Shown: positions 29,973 through 40,161, numbered from the stretch's first letter. The stretch: 64,000 bases of DNA from Candidatus Latescibacterota bacterium (GCA_965200315.1 OZ241362.1:640001-704000), one strand, 5' to 3'. Numbers and translations are program-made. The notes: generated from the sequence alone by a model not told the origin.

Positions 29973-30865
29973 TGCGCCCCGGCCTCCTCGCGCCGCTGCA
30001 CTGAACTTATGTAGCGCACAAACACACTGGCCAGCGCGAGCACCAGCACCAACACTACGTACGAATACGCCGCACCCAACCCTATCTTGCCGTCGCGGAA
30101 CACCACCTGATAGAGCAGCGCACTCACCGTTTGCGTGGCCGGGTCGTTGGGGCCGGTGATGGCCATGACCAAATCGAACTGCTTGAGCGCGTCCGTGGCC
30201 CTCAGCAATACGGCCAGCCCCAAAAGCGGCGCACACAAAGGCAGGGTAATCCGGCGGAAGACCTTCCACCGCGAGGCCCGGTCAATGGCCGCGGCCTCGT
30301 ACAAGTAACCGGGGATGGCGTTGAGTGCGGCCAGTGCGATCAGCATCATAAACGGCGTCCACATCCACACGTCGACCAGCAGAATCGACAGCAGCTTGAG
30401 GTCGGGGTCTGTAATCCACTGGGGTTGGCCCAGCCCCAGTGCGCCGAGGCATTGGTTGAGGATGCCGTAGTGCCCGTTGAGTATCAGCTTCCAAAAGAGC
30501 GCGATCACGGCCGGCGGCAACATCATCGGCACCAACAGTGCCGTCAGTGCAAACGCCCGGCCGCTGAAGCGATCTTTGAGCGCCAGTGCCAAGGCAAAGC
30601 CCAAGACTAACTCCACGGCCACGGCCACGCAGACAAAGAGCGCGGTGGTCCGCAGCGCGGCCCCGTATTTGGCAAACTTAAACGCCACGGCGTAGTTGAA
30701 TCCCCCCACGAACTTCCACGCCCCGCCGACCAAGTCCACATTGGTGAAGCTGAGCGCGATGCTGTACAGCAGTGGGAAGACATTGATGCCGATGAGCAAA
30801 AGGAGGGCCGGCGCCACGAACGCATACTGAGTCCAATCGCGGCACCGGCCCATACTACCCCTCAC
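29969..30865 (-). CDS. Carbohydrate ABC transporter permease
   Basis: DVWMWTPF, LYEAAAIDRAS. Confidence 0.92.
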   Translation of the reverse strand: MRGSMGRCRDWTQYAFVAPALLLLIGINVFPLLYSIALSFTNVDLVGGAWKFVGGFNYAVAFKFAKYGAALRTTALFVCVAVAVELVLGFALALALKDRFSGRAFALTALLVPMMLPPAVIALFWKLILNGHYGILNQCLGALGLGQPQWITDPDLKLLSILLVDVWMWTPFMMLIALAALNAIPGYLYEAAAIDRASRWKVFRRITLPLCAPLLGLAVLLRATDALKQFDLVMAITGPNDPATQTVSALLYQVVFRDGKIGLGAAYSYVVLVLVLALASVFVRYISSVQRREEAGAQ

Positions 30866-30873
30866 GCTGCCTC

Positions 30874-32178
30874 CTATTCCATCTCTAGCAAGCCCGCTTC
30901 CATCAGAATCATCTCGTGCTCAGCGGCCAGCGCGTCGAGGGCGTCGGCGCTCGCGCTCGTGCCGTCGAGGGCTGCGCCCAAGTGGCGCACGGCTGCGGCT
31001 AACAGCTCGTTGTACACTGGCACGTTCCAAAAGTCCTGCAAGTAATCCAGCGACTCAGCGAACACGGCGTTGTACGGCGCGGCTGCGGCAAATTCCGCAC
31101 TCGCTAGCAGCTCGGTATTGGCCGTAAACGAGCCGGGATAGGATATCCACTTCTCCTGTATGGCGGTCTGGGAAAACCACGCGATAAACTGCTTGGCCCA
31201 TTCCTGCTTTTGCGGCGCGGTCTTGGTCGAAATGCTAAAGCCCTGCCCGCCCAGCGAGATAACGCGCGTGTCGCCGTGGCGCGGCACCATGAAGAAGCCG
31301 ACTTGGTCGCCCATGCTGGCGACGATGCCCGGATAGAACGGAAAGTAGTCCAAGACCATGGCCGTAGAGCCGTTGGAGAAAGCCTCTAAGTTGAAAAAGT
31401 AATCGGCATTGGTGCCGCCTTCGGGCACAAATTGCAACAGGGACTTGAAAAACTCCAGCCCGGCCACGGCCCCCTCCGTGTTGAGGTGGCCCTGCACCTT
31501 GTAGCTCTGCGGGTCGCCCCACGCACCGCCCCAAGCCCACAAAAAGGGCTGAAAGCCCATGACGATCGAGTCGTACCCTCGGCCCGTCAGCAGCGAGCAG
31601 CCATAGCGCTTTTGCTCCGGCCGGTGGAAAAACTCGGCCAAGTCGCGGAATTCCTCCCACGTGTCGGGCGCGGCGAGCGGGCGGCCGTAGCGGGCGGCAA
31701 ACGCCTCTTGCTCGGCCGGGTCTGTAAACCAGTCCTTGCGATAGACAAAGCCAATGGCATCCGTCTGGCAGGGCGCGGCAAAAAACCGGCTGCTGCCCGG
31801 CGGGTATTCGCACAAATAGCGCGCAGCGCGCGGATGAATCGCGCCCATGTCAACGGCCTCGGGCAGCCAATCGGTCAGTTCCAAATACAGCCCCTTGGTC
31901 GCGCCGCGGCCGATCCACTGACTGTCGCCCACGACGATGTCGAAATCGGTCTGCTTGTTGCCGAAGTTGAGAAAAACCTGGTCTTGATAAGCCGGCCAAG
32001 GAATCTGGTACACCTCGACGGCAATCCCAGTCTCTTGGGCAAACTCGTGGCCCAGCTCTTGTAGCGCCGCAGCCGGATCCCATTGCGCCCACCAGATGGT
32101 GATCTTTTTGTCTTCGGCGCGGCCCGTTTGTACCGCCAGCAACAAAACCGCGGCTAGCCCGAACATCCGCATTCTCAT
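30874..32178 (-). CDS. Sugar ABC transporter substrate-binding protein
   Basis: Signal peptide; YRKDWF, PDTWEE, LGGQG; RBS GAGGAGG. Confidence 0.9.
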   Translation of the reverse strand: MRMRMFGLAAVLLLAVQTGRAEDKKITIWWAQWDPAAALQELGHEFAQETGIAVEVYQIPWPAYQDQVFLNFGNKQTDFDIVVGDSQWIGRGATKGLYLELTDWLPEAVDMGAIHPRAARYLCEYPPGSSRFFAAPCQTDAIGFVYRKDWFTDPAEQEAFAARYGRPLAAPDTWEEFRDLAEFFHRPEQKRYGCSLLTGRGYDSIVMGFQPFLWAWGGAWGDPQSYKVQGHLNTEGAVAGLEFFKSLLQFVPEGGTNADYFFNLEAFSNGSTAMVLDYFPFYPGIVASMGDQVGFFMVPRHGDTRVISLGGQGFSISTKTAPQKQEWAKQFIAWFSQTAIQEKWISYPGSFTANTELLASAEFAAAAPYNAVFAESLDYLQDFWNVPVYNELLAAAVRHLGAALDGTSASADALDALAAEHEMILMEAGLLEME

Positions 32179-32345
32179 GCGCTTTCCTCCTCTTAGAAGC
32201 GTTTTTTTCGCGTCGGCACAAGCGCACGTACCGCAAGGTCGCCGATGTATGCGCCCGCTCAATATCCGACTGATTGAACCGCCGCGCAATGGCCGCCTTA
32301 GTGCCCTGATACCGAGTCGGTTTTATGCAGTAGAATGGTTTCGTT

Positions 32346-32360
32346 TAACGCTATGCGTTA
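32346..32360. promoter_or_regulatory. Probable HigA operator
   Basis: TAACGC-tat-GCGTTA perfect palindrome 16 bp upstream of higB. Confidence 0.65.
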
Positions 32361-32376
32361 TATATTTTGGTGTAAC

Positions 32377-32658
32377 ATGAGACGGTCTTTTAGAGGTAGA
32401 GAAACCGAACGGATATTCCAACGCACTCGATCCCGAAAGCTACCCAGCGATATCCAACAAATCGCCATTCGCAAGCTCCGCATGCTCAATCGGTCAACTA
32501 CACTAGCTCATCTTCGGGTGCCACCGGCCAATCGCCTCGAAAAACTCCGGGGCGATCGGGCGGGCCAGTACAGTATTCAAATCAATGACCAGTGGCGCAT
32601 CTGTTTTACGTGGCGAAATGGCGATGCTTGCGACGTTGGGATCGTAGATTATCACTAG
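32377..32658 (+). CDS. higB: RelE/ParE-family toxin HigB
   Basis: LRVPPANRLEKLRGDRAGQYSI.INDQWRICF.W...IVDYH. Confidence 0.93.
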   Translation: MRRSFRGRETERIFQRTRSRKLPSDIQQIAIRKLRMLNRSTTLAHLRVPPANRLEKLRGDRAGQYSIQINDQWRICFTWRNGDACDVGIVDYH

Positions 32659-32668
32659 GAAAAGGCTT

Positions 32669-32974
32669 ATGAGTGCTCAGAAATTAGCTCCTGTTCATTT
32701 AGGGGAAGTCTTGTTGGAAGAGTTCCTCAAGCCGATGCAGCTCAGCCAAAACCGCCTCGCACTTGCCATCGGCGTGCCGCCCCGACGCATCAACGAAATC
32801 GTCTTGGGAAAACGCGGCATTACGGCTGATACCGCGCTGCGGCTGGCGCGTTACTTCAGTATGTCGCCCCAATTCTGGATGGGCCGGCAGATGGATTATG
32901 CGCTAGATATAGCCGAAGACGAACTAGCGGACCGCTTGGAGCGAGAAGTGCAACCGCGTCTGGAGACGGGATAA
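32669..32974 (+). CDS. higA: HigA/VapI family antitoxin
   Basis: PVHLGEVLLEEFL, RINEIV.GKR.ITADTALRL, FWM..Q. Confidence 0.93.
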   Translation: MSAQKLAPVHLGEVLLEEFLKPMQLSQNRLALAIGVPPRRINEIVLGKRGITADTALRLARYFSMSPQFWMGRQMDYALDIAEDELADRLEREVQPRLETG

Positions 32975-32995
32975 AAGGCATTGCGAGGCATGGGC

Positions 32996-33823
32996 CTACT
33001 CCGCCCCGGCAAAACTCCACACCTGCAGAGCCGTGCGATGGAAGAGCCACGCCTTGTCGTCGTCGGTGAGAAAATCGACGTGGTCGCGGAACATCTCCAA
33101 AGCCGGTCCGTACCCCACCCCTTTCAGGACGCCGGGGAAATTGGTTCCCCACATCAACCGCTGTGGCCCAAAAGCGTCGTAGATGCGGCGGAAGGTGGGA
33201 AACGTATCCGCGTGCGGAAAGGGCAACGCGGACTTGTGAGCCTGCGGCGTGCATTTCACGTACACCTTGGGAAAACAAGCTAGGTCGAGTACGTGGCTCA
33301 GCAGCGGAAAGGGCGGTTCCTCATTGGTTGGCGCTCCGCCGATGTGGTCCAGCACCACCGGCACCTCGGGAAAGCGACCGATGATCGGCGCCAAGTGGGG
33401 CAGATTGGCCGCCGGGCCGTGGACGATAAAACAAGTGCCTAGTTCCTCCGACCGCCGCCACAGCCGATCCTGATCTGGGGCGGCCCATTCCGCGGGGTGG
33501 TCGAGCCGCGACGAGTGAATGCGCAAACCGCCAAAACCGCCCTCGCGCAACTTTTCCAGCCGGTCGGGCGCGTCCGGGGCCTTGGGATCGACCAAGCCAA
33601 TCGCGGCAAAGCGGCCCGGAAAGCGGCGTAGGCAGTCGGCCACGTACCGGTTGTCGAACAAATAGTGAATCGGCTGCACAATGACCGCTTTATCGACCCC
33701 GACCTCGGCCATGGTCTGATTGAGCAATTCCACGGAGCCACCGCCCACCTGAGTCCGACCCTCGGCAAAGGGATAGCGCTCCGCGTCGTCGCTCCACACG
33801 TGCAGATGCGTGTCAATGATCAT
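32996..33823 (-). CDS. Amidohydrolase_2 family protein (sugar-lactonase-like)
   Basis: DTHLH, VLDHIG, FGPQRLMWGTNFP. Confidence 0.88.
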   Translation of the reverse strand: MIIDTHLHVWSDDAERYPFAEGRTQVGGGSVELLNQTMAEVGVDKAVIVQPIHYLFDNRYVADCLRRFPGRFAAIGLVDPKAPDAPDRLEKLREGGFGGLRIHSSRLDHPAEWAAPDQDRLWRRSEELGTCFIVHGPAANLPHLAPIIGRFPEVPVVLDHIGGAPTNEEPPFPLLSHVLDLACFPKVYVKCTPQAHKSALPFPHADTFPTFRRIYDAFGPQRLMWGTNFPGVLKGVGYGPALEMFRDHVDFLTDDDKAWLFHRTALQVWSFAGAE

Positions 33824-33860
33824 GAGTCCCTCCTATATAGTTAAGTCGCATAGCCCCTCA

Positions 33861-34775
33861 CTAGCTGCTATTGCTCACCACGCACTCAGGAGCCAGCACC
33901 TTCACGGCCAAGCGGGCGACCTCGGCAATGCCCGCGGCCGCGGCCGGCCCGTCGCCGCGGGCCAAGGCAAAGGCCACCACGACCAAGGGCCCTTTTGGCA
34001 AAAACACGAGGCCAGCATCCCCTTTGATGATGCCGCTAGAGCCGTACTTGTGAGCCACCACCACATCCGGCTGCAAATAGCGCCGGATCATGCGGGTATC
34101 CCGCCCGGTTTTGAGCAGCTCGATCATGGCTTTGGAGGCCGCCGCACTGACGACCTGCCCGCGGTACATAGCCGTCAATAAAGAGGCCAACTCGCCGGGG
34201 GCGGCCACATTGTTTTCCAGTGAATCCCCAAAAGATACGCTGTTGTAGTCCATGCCCTGAGTGCTTACCCGCTCCCTGTACACGGCATCGTTGGCTCGAT
34301 TGGTGGGCACCTCGTCCATCCCCACCATGCGGTAGTGATAGCGGCCCATGGTCGCGGCTGCCCGCACATTGGCACAGCCCAGTCGGTCGAGCGTGGCGTT
34401 GATCTGGTCTAGCCCTAGCAGCTCCATGAGGAAATCAGTGGCAATGTTGTCGCTGATGCCCATCATCAGGCGGGCGTAGTCGCGCAAGGTCAACTCGGGC
34501 TCGTCTTGGGCGATTTGCAATACCCCCGAGCCGTGCGTTGAAATATCGCCCCGCAGCCGGTGCCGGTCGTCCAGCGACAGCCGTCCGGCCTCGGCTTGGT
34601 GGAACAACTCGACCAATACGGCAATTTTGATGACCGAGGCCGTGGGAAAGCGCTCGTCGGCTCTGTACTGATGCACTTGGCCTGTAGCCAGCTCTTCTAT
34701 ATGCCAGCCCATGCGGCCGTCAAAGGCTGCGGCTGTCTGGCGCAAGGCCACATCCGGGAAAACCCCCATGTCCAA
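33861..34775 (-). CDS. Class A beta-lactamase-like serine hydrolase
   Basis: SVIK, SDN and HKYG motifs; no signal peptide. Confidence 0.85.
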   Translation of the reverse strand: MDMGVFPDVALRQTAAAFDGRMGWHIEELATGQVHQYRADERFPTASVIKIAVLVELFHQAEAGRLSLDDRHRLRGDISTHGSGVLQIAQDEPELTLRDYARLMMGISDNIATDFLMELLGLDQINATLDRLGCANVRAAATMGRYHYRMVGMDEVPTNRANDAVYRERVSTQGMDYNSVSFGDSLENNVAAPGELASLLTAMYRGQVVSAAASKAMIELLKTGRDTRMIRRYLQPDVVVAHKYGSSGIIKGDAGLVFLPKGPLVVVAFALARGDGPAAAAGIAEVARLAVKVLAPECVVSNSS

Positions 34776-34859
34776 TCTCCTCTTACCTACTCGCTTCTGC
34801 CTCAGGCCCTCGTGCGAGTGTAGCTAGCACTTTTCTCCACACAAAAGCATCAGCTCTGA

Positions 34860-34985
34860 GAGGCGGTCTGAAAAGCCCCGTGCTTGCTTGGTGTGGGCTA
34901 GTCCGTAGCCTTTCCGCGGGCGAGACGCCCCCAAAGGCTCTTTGAGCCATCTGAGGAGCCGAACTTGGAGTTTGCAGACGGCTTC
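34860..34985. mobile_element. IS5-family-type MITE (126 bp) with TGA target duplication
   Basis: tga|GAGGCGGTCTGAAAA ... TTTGCAGACGGCTTC|tga imperfect TIRs; internal GGGCG-AGA-CGCCC hairpin. Confidence 0.75.
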
Positions 34986-35004
34986 TGAGCACTTTTGGGC
35001 GAAT

Positions 35005-35706
35005 TTATCCACAGCACCCCTCATCCTCGTCGGCGTGCAGCTTTTCCAGCACCTGCCACTGTTGGCGCTGGCGGCTTTCGGCCGAGTCGAAGACCTCGCG
35101 GACGAACTCGCCGCGGCTTTTGCCGTCGGCTAGTTCGGTCAAGCGGTTTTGCAAATCGTCGTGCGAGGGGTCGCGACCAAGCGCCGCGCGGTACACCCCG
35201 CGCACGAAATCCGTCGCATCCGCTTCGGCGAGCAAGTCTTGGGCCTCGTAGGCGAAGGCTTTGAGGGTATGGGCTAAAGAGGCGACCAACCAAGCCTTGT
35301 GCTCTGCGAGCGGACCCAAAGTGGCGTACAACTCGGCGCACAATTCCGCATCGCCCACCACCTGCTGAGCTTCTTGCGCAGACTTGCCTTCGGACCACGC
35401 TTGCAGAGTTTGCACATACTTCTTGGCCCGGCCTCGGCGCTGGTCGTCCACTTCCCAAGCCCGGGTGAGCACATCAACGGCTGGGCGGCCTAAGTACGTG
35501 CCTTCGCCAATAGCGCGGACGATCAGGTCGAGGTTGTCAAAGGCGCAGTAGTGGGTCAGCGAGTCGAAGCGCGAGATCAGGGCGCGGATGTGGCGCACTC
35601 GGTCGGGCAGTTCCTCCAGCGGCGCGACCTCGGCGTCAATGCGCTGCATAGCTTGGTCGGGCTCGTCGGGGTGGTGCAGAATATTGCGCCAGTGGGAATC
35701 AGGCAT
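35005..35706 (-). CDS. Hypothetical protein with C-terminal DUF4214-like domain
   Basis: FVRGVYRAALGRDP....L...L..GKSR.E......SAE. Confidence 0.7.
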   Translation of the reverse strand: MPDSHWRNILHHPDEPDQAMQRIDAEVAPLEELPDRVRHIRALISRFDSLTHYCAFDNLDLIVRAIGEGTYLGRPAVDVLTRAWEVDDQRRGRAKKYVQTLQAWSEGKSAQEAQQVVGDAELCAELYATLGPLAEHKAWLVASLAHTLKAFAYEAQDLLAEADATDFVRGVYRAALGRDPSHDDLQNRLTELADGKSRGEFVREVFDSAESRQRQQWQVLEKLHADEDEGCCG

Positions 35707-35732
35707 GACGTCTCCTGTCGAGTTAGATATTG

Positions 35733-36773
35733 TTATGTACGGAACAAATGGCCCTCAATGGGCAGGCTCACTTCAATGCCCGAAGTGGCCGCCTGTAAGC
35801 CAGCTTCCATAACCTCTTGGGCGTGGCGCGATTGGGTGGCGTTAGTCGTGCCCTCGGGCGACTGGCCCGAGCGAATGCAGTGGAAGAAGTGCGTGGCGGC
35901 ATTGCGCTGAGAGGCGGACAATTCGTCGAGTTCCACCGCTGTTCCCTCGCGGTTGTGACGGGTATGCACAGTCACCTGATTCCCGACTACCATAGTCCCC
36001 TCCGTGCCGTAGAGCACCACATCGTGGGACGGCACGTGGGGCACGGCTTCGGTCCAAGTCATCTCCAAGCGGCACAGAGCTTGCGGATAGCGCAGCACCA
36101 TAATGCCGTTGTCGTCAACCGGCAGATGGGTCTTGAGCAAGCGACCGGCCATGGCCACAACGCTGTGCGGCCGGCCCAAAAAGTGGACGCACAGGCTAGC
36201 GCCGTACCCACTGTAGTCATTGAAGGCCCCGGCTCCGTTGAGCTGGGCATCGAAGAGGAAGCCGCAGAATTCATCGGAGCAGCCCAATTCATCGGGGCCG
36301 CAGTGGCCGCCGCGCCAAGTAAGCTGCCACAATGGCCCAATGGCTCCTTCTCGCACCAAGCGGTAAGCCGTGTGCAAGGGCCGCGACCACGCCGTGGGCC
36401 AGTTGACCATCAGGCAGGTCTGGTGGCGCTGGGCCGCAGTCAGCATGCGGTCGGCCTGTTCAAGCGTGGCGGCCATAGGTTTTTCGACCATCGCGTGAAT
36501 GCCCCGAGCCGCACACAACTCGACGATGGGGGCATGGTGCGCGGTCGCCGAAAAAACGAAAACTGCGTCGGGGGTTTGCTCGTCGAGTAGGGCTTCGTAC
36601 TCGCCGTACACTTGGTCACAGCCCGTGCGGTCGCGGAAGCGGTCCTGCAGCACGGGGTTGGAGTCGGCCCCTCCCACGAGGGGAGCTCCTTCTTGGTCGG
36701 CTAGTTCCCTAAGATTGCTCCACAAGTGGTCGTGGGCCATGCCCAGCACGGCGACTTTGATCGGGTCAGTCAT
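35733..36773 (-). CDS. Gfo/Idh/MocA family oxidoreductase
   Basis: MVEKPMA, NGAGAFND. Confidence 0.9.
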   Translation of the reverse strand: MTDPIKVAVLGMAHDHLWSNLRELADQEGAPLVGGADSNPVLQDRFRDRTGCDQVYGEYEALLDEQTPDAVFVFSATAHHAPIVELCAARGIHAMVEKPMAATLEQADRMLTAAQRHQTCLMVNWPTAWSRPLHTAYRLVREGAIGPLWQLTWRGGHCGPDELGCSDEFCGFLFDAQLNGAGAFNDYSGYGASLCVHFLGRPHSVVAMAGRLLKTHLPVDDNGIMVLRYPQALCRLEMTWTEAVPHVPSHDVVLYGTEGTMVVGNQVTVHTRHNREGTAVELDELSASQRNAATHFFHCIRSGQSPEGTTNATQSRHAQEVMEAGLQAATSGIEVSLPIEGHLFRT

Positions 36774-36955
36774 GTAATAGGCTCCTGAGTGTTGTTGAGG
36801 TATGCGGTATGAGACGCCAACGGCTCTGGTCAATCTATACCCTCAAGGATAACAAGGGCAAGCCGCCTTGAAAGAGGAAGGGCCGCCCGCTATAATACCC
36901 TTGATTATAGCGCGGAGAAGTGTCGCCGTTCTTCTCGAAACAGAAAGGATCAGCT

Positions 36956-37936
36956 ATGAAAATCGCTTTGGCACTCGGACCAGACGCCAGCGCCGTATCG
37001 ACCTTCGGCACCCAATGCGGCGTCGAGCATGCGGTCGGCACCTTCGGCCTCGCGCCGATACCGGATGAACCGATCGCTGACGAAGCGCAGCCATTCAGCC
37101 GCCAGTCCTTGGCCCGTTTCAAGGCGCAGTACGAAAAAAACGGCTACCAGCTATCGGTCATTGAAAGCCGTCCACCCATGGAAAAAATCAAGCTGGCCCA
37201 GCCGGGGCGCGACGAAGAAATCGCCGTCGTCTGCGAGTTCATCCGCAACATGGGGGCGGTCGGCATCCCAGTGTGGTGCCCCGCTTGGATGCCGATCCTC
37301 TTTGTGATTCGCACGTCGTCCGAGCTCCCGACGCGCGGCGGCGCTAAGGTGACCGGCTTCGACCTCGAGGAATTCAACAAGACCCACCCCGCCGGCGAGC
37401 ATGGCGAAGTCACCGAAGAGGACCAGTGGGACAACCTGAAATACTTTCTCGAGCGCGTGGTCCCAGTCGCCGAAGAGGCCAACGTCAAGCTCGCCATGCA
37501 TCCCGATGACCCGCCCCTATCGCCGATCCAAGGCATCGCCCGCATCATCAGCAGCGTTGAGAATTACCAGAAGATGCTCGATCTCGTTCCCAGCCCGGCA
37601 AACGGCATCGGCCTCTGTCAGGGAAACTTCGGCCTGATGACCGACGACCTGCCGAGCGTCATTCGCCATTTCGGCGAGCAGCAGAAGATTCACTTCGTCC
37701 ATTTCCGCGACATCAAGGGCACACCAGAGAAGTTCGACGAGGCTTTCCACGACGATGGCAAGCACGACATGGCTGCCTGCGTCAGAGCCTATCGCGACAC
37801 CGGGTTCGAAGGGGTCGCACGCCCCGACCACTTCCCGCAGCTAACCTACGAGGATTTCGTCGATGTGCATTCAATGGAGCGCCTCTACGCCATTGGCTAC
37901 ATGAGGGGCCTGATCGAGGCCGTGTACAGCGAATGA
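36956..37936 (+). CDS. uxuA: Mannonate dehydratase
   Basis: WDNLKYFLERVVPVAEE, AMHPDDPP, LCQG, HFRD, RPDH, YAIGYMRGL. Confidence 0.9.
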   Translation: MKIALALGPDASAVSTFGTQCGVEHAVGTFGLAPIPDEPIADEAQPFSRQSLARFKAQYEKNGYQLSVIESRPPMEKIKLAQPGRDEEIAVVCEFIRNMGAVGIPVWCPAWMPILFVIRTSSELPTRGGAKVTGFDLEEFNKTHPAGEHGEVTEEDQWDNLKYFLERVVPVAEEANVKLAMHPDDPPLSPIQGIARIISSVENYQKMLDLVPSPANGIGLCQGNFGLMTDDLPSVIRHFGEQQKIHFVHFRDIKGTPEKFDEAFHDDGKHDMAACVRAYRDTGFEGVARPDHFPQLTYEDFVDVHSMERLYAIGYMRGLIEAVYSE

Positions 37937-37979
37937 CTGCGACTCGCTGGTCACAGACCGTTTCTCAGGAGGATTGCGC

Positions 37980-38723
37980 GTGAAAGTAGCCATCATGGGT
38001 GCCGCCGGGTGGGTCGGCCGGGCCGTGCTGGAAAACTTCGCCGGTCGCCACCAAATGCGCGCCTTTGATTACAGTCCCGAAGCTTGGACGACGTACCAGC
38101 GCTTCGACGGAGACTGGGAGGGAGAAAAACGCTACGGGGACATCGCCGATTTCCACGCCGTCCACAAGACCTTGGAAGGCATGGATGGCGTCGTCCATCT
38201 AGCCGCCTACTTCGGATACGAGAATCCGCCCGAGGGCGATGTGAATCCCTTTCTGATCAACCTCAAGGGGATGTGGAATGTTTTGGAGTCGGCCCGGCGG
38301 CACCAGCTCAAACGCGTGGTGCATATGGGCTCCTGCGTCGTGCAACATCCAGACGGCGTTTTCCTATCGTCCGAAGTCCGCAGCAAGGAAGGAAGCCCGT
38401 ACGGCATATCCAAGCGCCTGCAAGAGGAAATGTGCCGCCAGTTCCACGACGCCTACGGCCTGCGGATCATCGTCTTCCGGCCCTGTAGCATCGGCGACAG
38501 CAGGCTCGGCATCAGTCGAGATGGCCACCCCGCCCGCGGCGGCGTTAGCTGGGTCTGCCGACACGATCTGGCCGAAGCCTGCCACCTAGCGCTCACATCC
38601 GAGACCATTGACTTCGACATCATGCACACGGCCAGCCACCCGGACGCGGATAAGTACTGCAACGTCGCCCGGTCCCGGGAATTGCTCGGTCTGGAATACA
38701 AAGGATACTTCCCCAGCGACTAA
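37980..38723 (+). CDS. NAD-dependent epimerase/dehydratase (uronate-dehydrogenase-like)
   Basis: GAAGWVG, VVHLAA, YGISK. Confidence 0.85.
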   Translation: MKVAIMGAAGWVGRAVLENFAGRHQMRAFDYSPEAWTTYQRFDGDWEGEKRYGDIADFHAVHKTLEGMDGVVHLAAYFGYENPPEGDVNPFLINLKGMWNVLESARRHQLKRVVHMGSCVVQHPDGVFLSSEVRSKEGSPYGISKRLQEEMCRQFHDAYGLRIIVFRPCSIGDSRLGISRDGHPARGGVSWVCRHDLAEACHLALTSETIDFDIMHTASHPDADKYCNVARSRELLGLEYKGYFPSD

Positions 38724-39016
38724 GCCCTCGGATAAGAATTAGGAATTAACAATTGGGAATCATATAGCTAAGTGCTGGCTGCGAGATAAAGCGCAAACCA
38801 CTGCTTGCGGGCGTACCAAGCCACCTACACAGTCCTTTTATCTTTATTTCAGATAGCAAGAAGTCTGTTTGGTTTCCTGTCGTGTTCGGCTTGGCCCAAG
38901 TTGATCGAAATCAGAAGCGCGGGCACCGCGAGAATCATTGCGGCTAGTATTGATTTTTCATTTGTGGCATCACTCTACCTCTTTGCTTTTTAATCCCTAA
39001 TCCCAAAAGGAGCACC

Positions 39017-40161
39017 ATGCCCCCCCACTACGACGTCCTGCTCAAAAACGGCCACCTCATTGACCCCAAAACAACATCGACGCCCCGGCCGACCTCGCCG
39101 TCAAAGACGGCAAAATCGCCGCTGTGGGGGCTGAGTTGCCCGGCACTGCAGAGCGGCAAGCCAACGTCGCTGGCCTCTACGTCACCCCCGGCCTCATCGA
39201 CATCCACCTACACGTGTACGGCGGCTTTAATGCTTGGCTCTTCCCCGACCCCCACAACCTGCCGCACGGCGTCACCACCTGCGTCGATACGGGCGGCGCT
39301 GGGTACAAGGATATTGCGGATTTCAAAGAGACCATCATGGACCAGTCCATCACCCGCGTCCTCGCCTTTGTCAACATCGTCGGCGCAGGCATGACCGGCC
39401 CGCCGGAGCAAGACACCACCGATATGGACCCCATCCCCTGCGCCGCCGCAGTCGAGCGCTACCGAGAGCACATCGTCGGGGTCAAATCGGCCCATTTTGG
39501 CGGGCCGGGGTGGGAATCAACCGGCGGAGCCATTGAGGCGGCGCGGCGGGCCGGCAGCATCGTCATGGTCGATTTCTCGCCCAAACCCACCCGCACGTAC
39601 CCCGAATTGCTCGCCCGCTACAGCCCCGGCGATATCCACACACACTGCTACTCCATGCGGACGCCCATGCTCGACGACAACGACCGCATCTTCGACTTTG
39701 TCTGGCAGGCTCGCGAGCGCGGCGTGATTTTCGATTTGGGCCACGGCAACGCCTCCTTCCGCTTCCACATTGCCGTACCGGCCATGGCCCAAGGCTTTCC
39801 GCCCGATACCATCAGCACCGATCTGCACCGCCGCAGCCGCTTGCTGCCCAACGCCACCATGAACATCACTATGTCGAAGATGCTGGCCTTGGGGATGCCG
39901 CTGCAAGAGGTCATCTACCGCTCGACGCAGCGCCCCGCCGAAGTCATCCGCCGGCCCGAATTGGGCCACCTGAGCGTAGGCGCTGAAGCCGATGTCGCGG
40001 TGCTGGCCGTGCACGAAGGCCGCTTTGGCTTTGTCGATGCCACGCGCAGCACCCTGCAAGGCCGCCAAAAAATAGAGGGCCGCATGACCCTGCGAGCCGG
40101 TGAAATTGTCTGGGATCAGGACGGTTTGAGCTTGCCGTCTTGGGAGGAAGGGGCGCGCTAA
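39017..40161 (+). CDS. Amidohydrolase/deacetylase metallohydrolase (dihydroorotase-like), 1-bp frameshift near start
   Basis: KNGHLIDP[fs at A4 39068-39071]...TPGLIDIHLH...DLGHG...ISTDLH. Confidence 0.85.

Noticed and set aside
32280-33010. Direct repeats flanking higBA
   Set aside because: Only a weak gapped similarity; not supportable.
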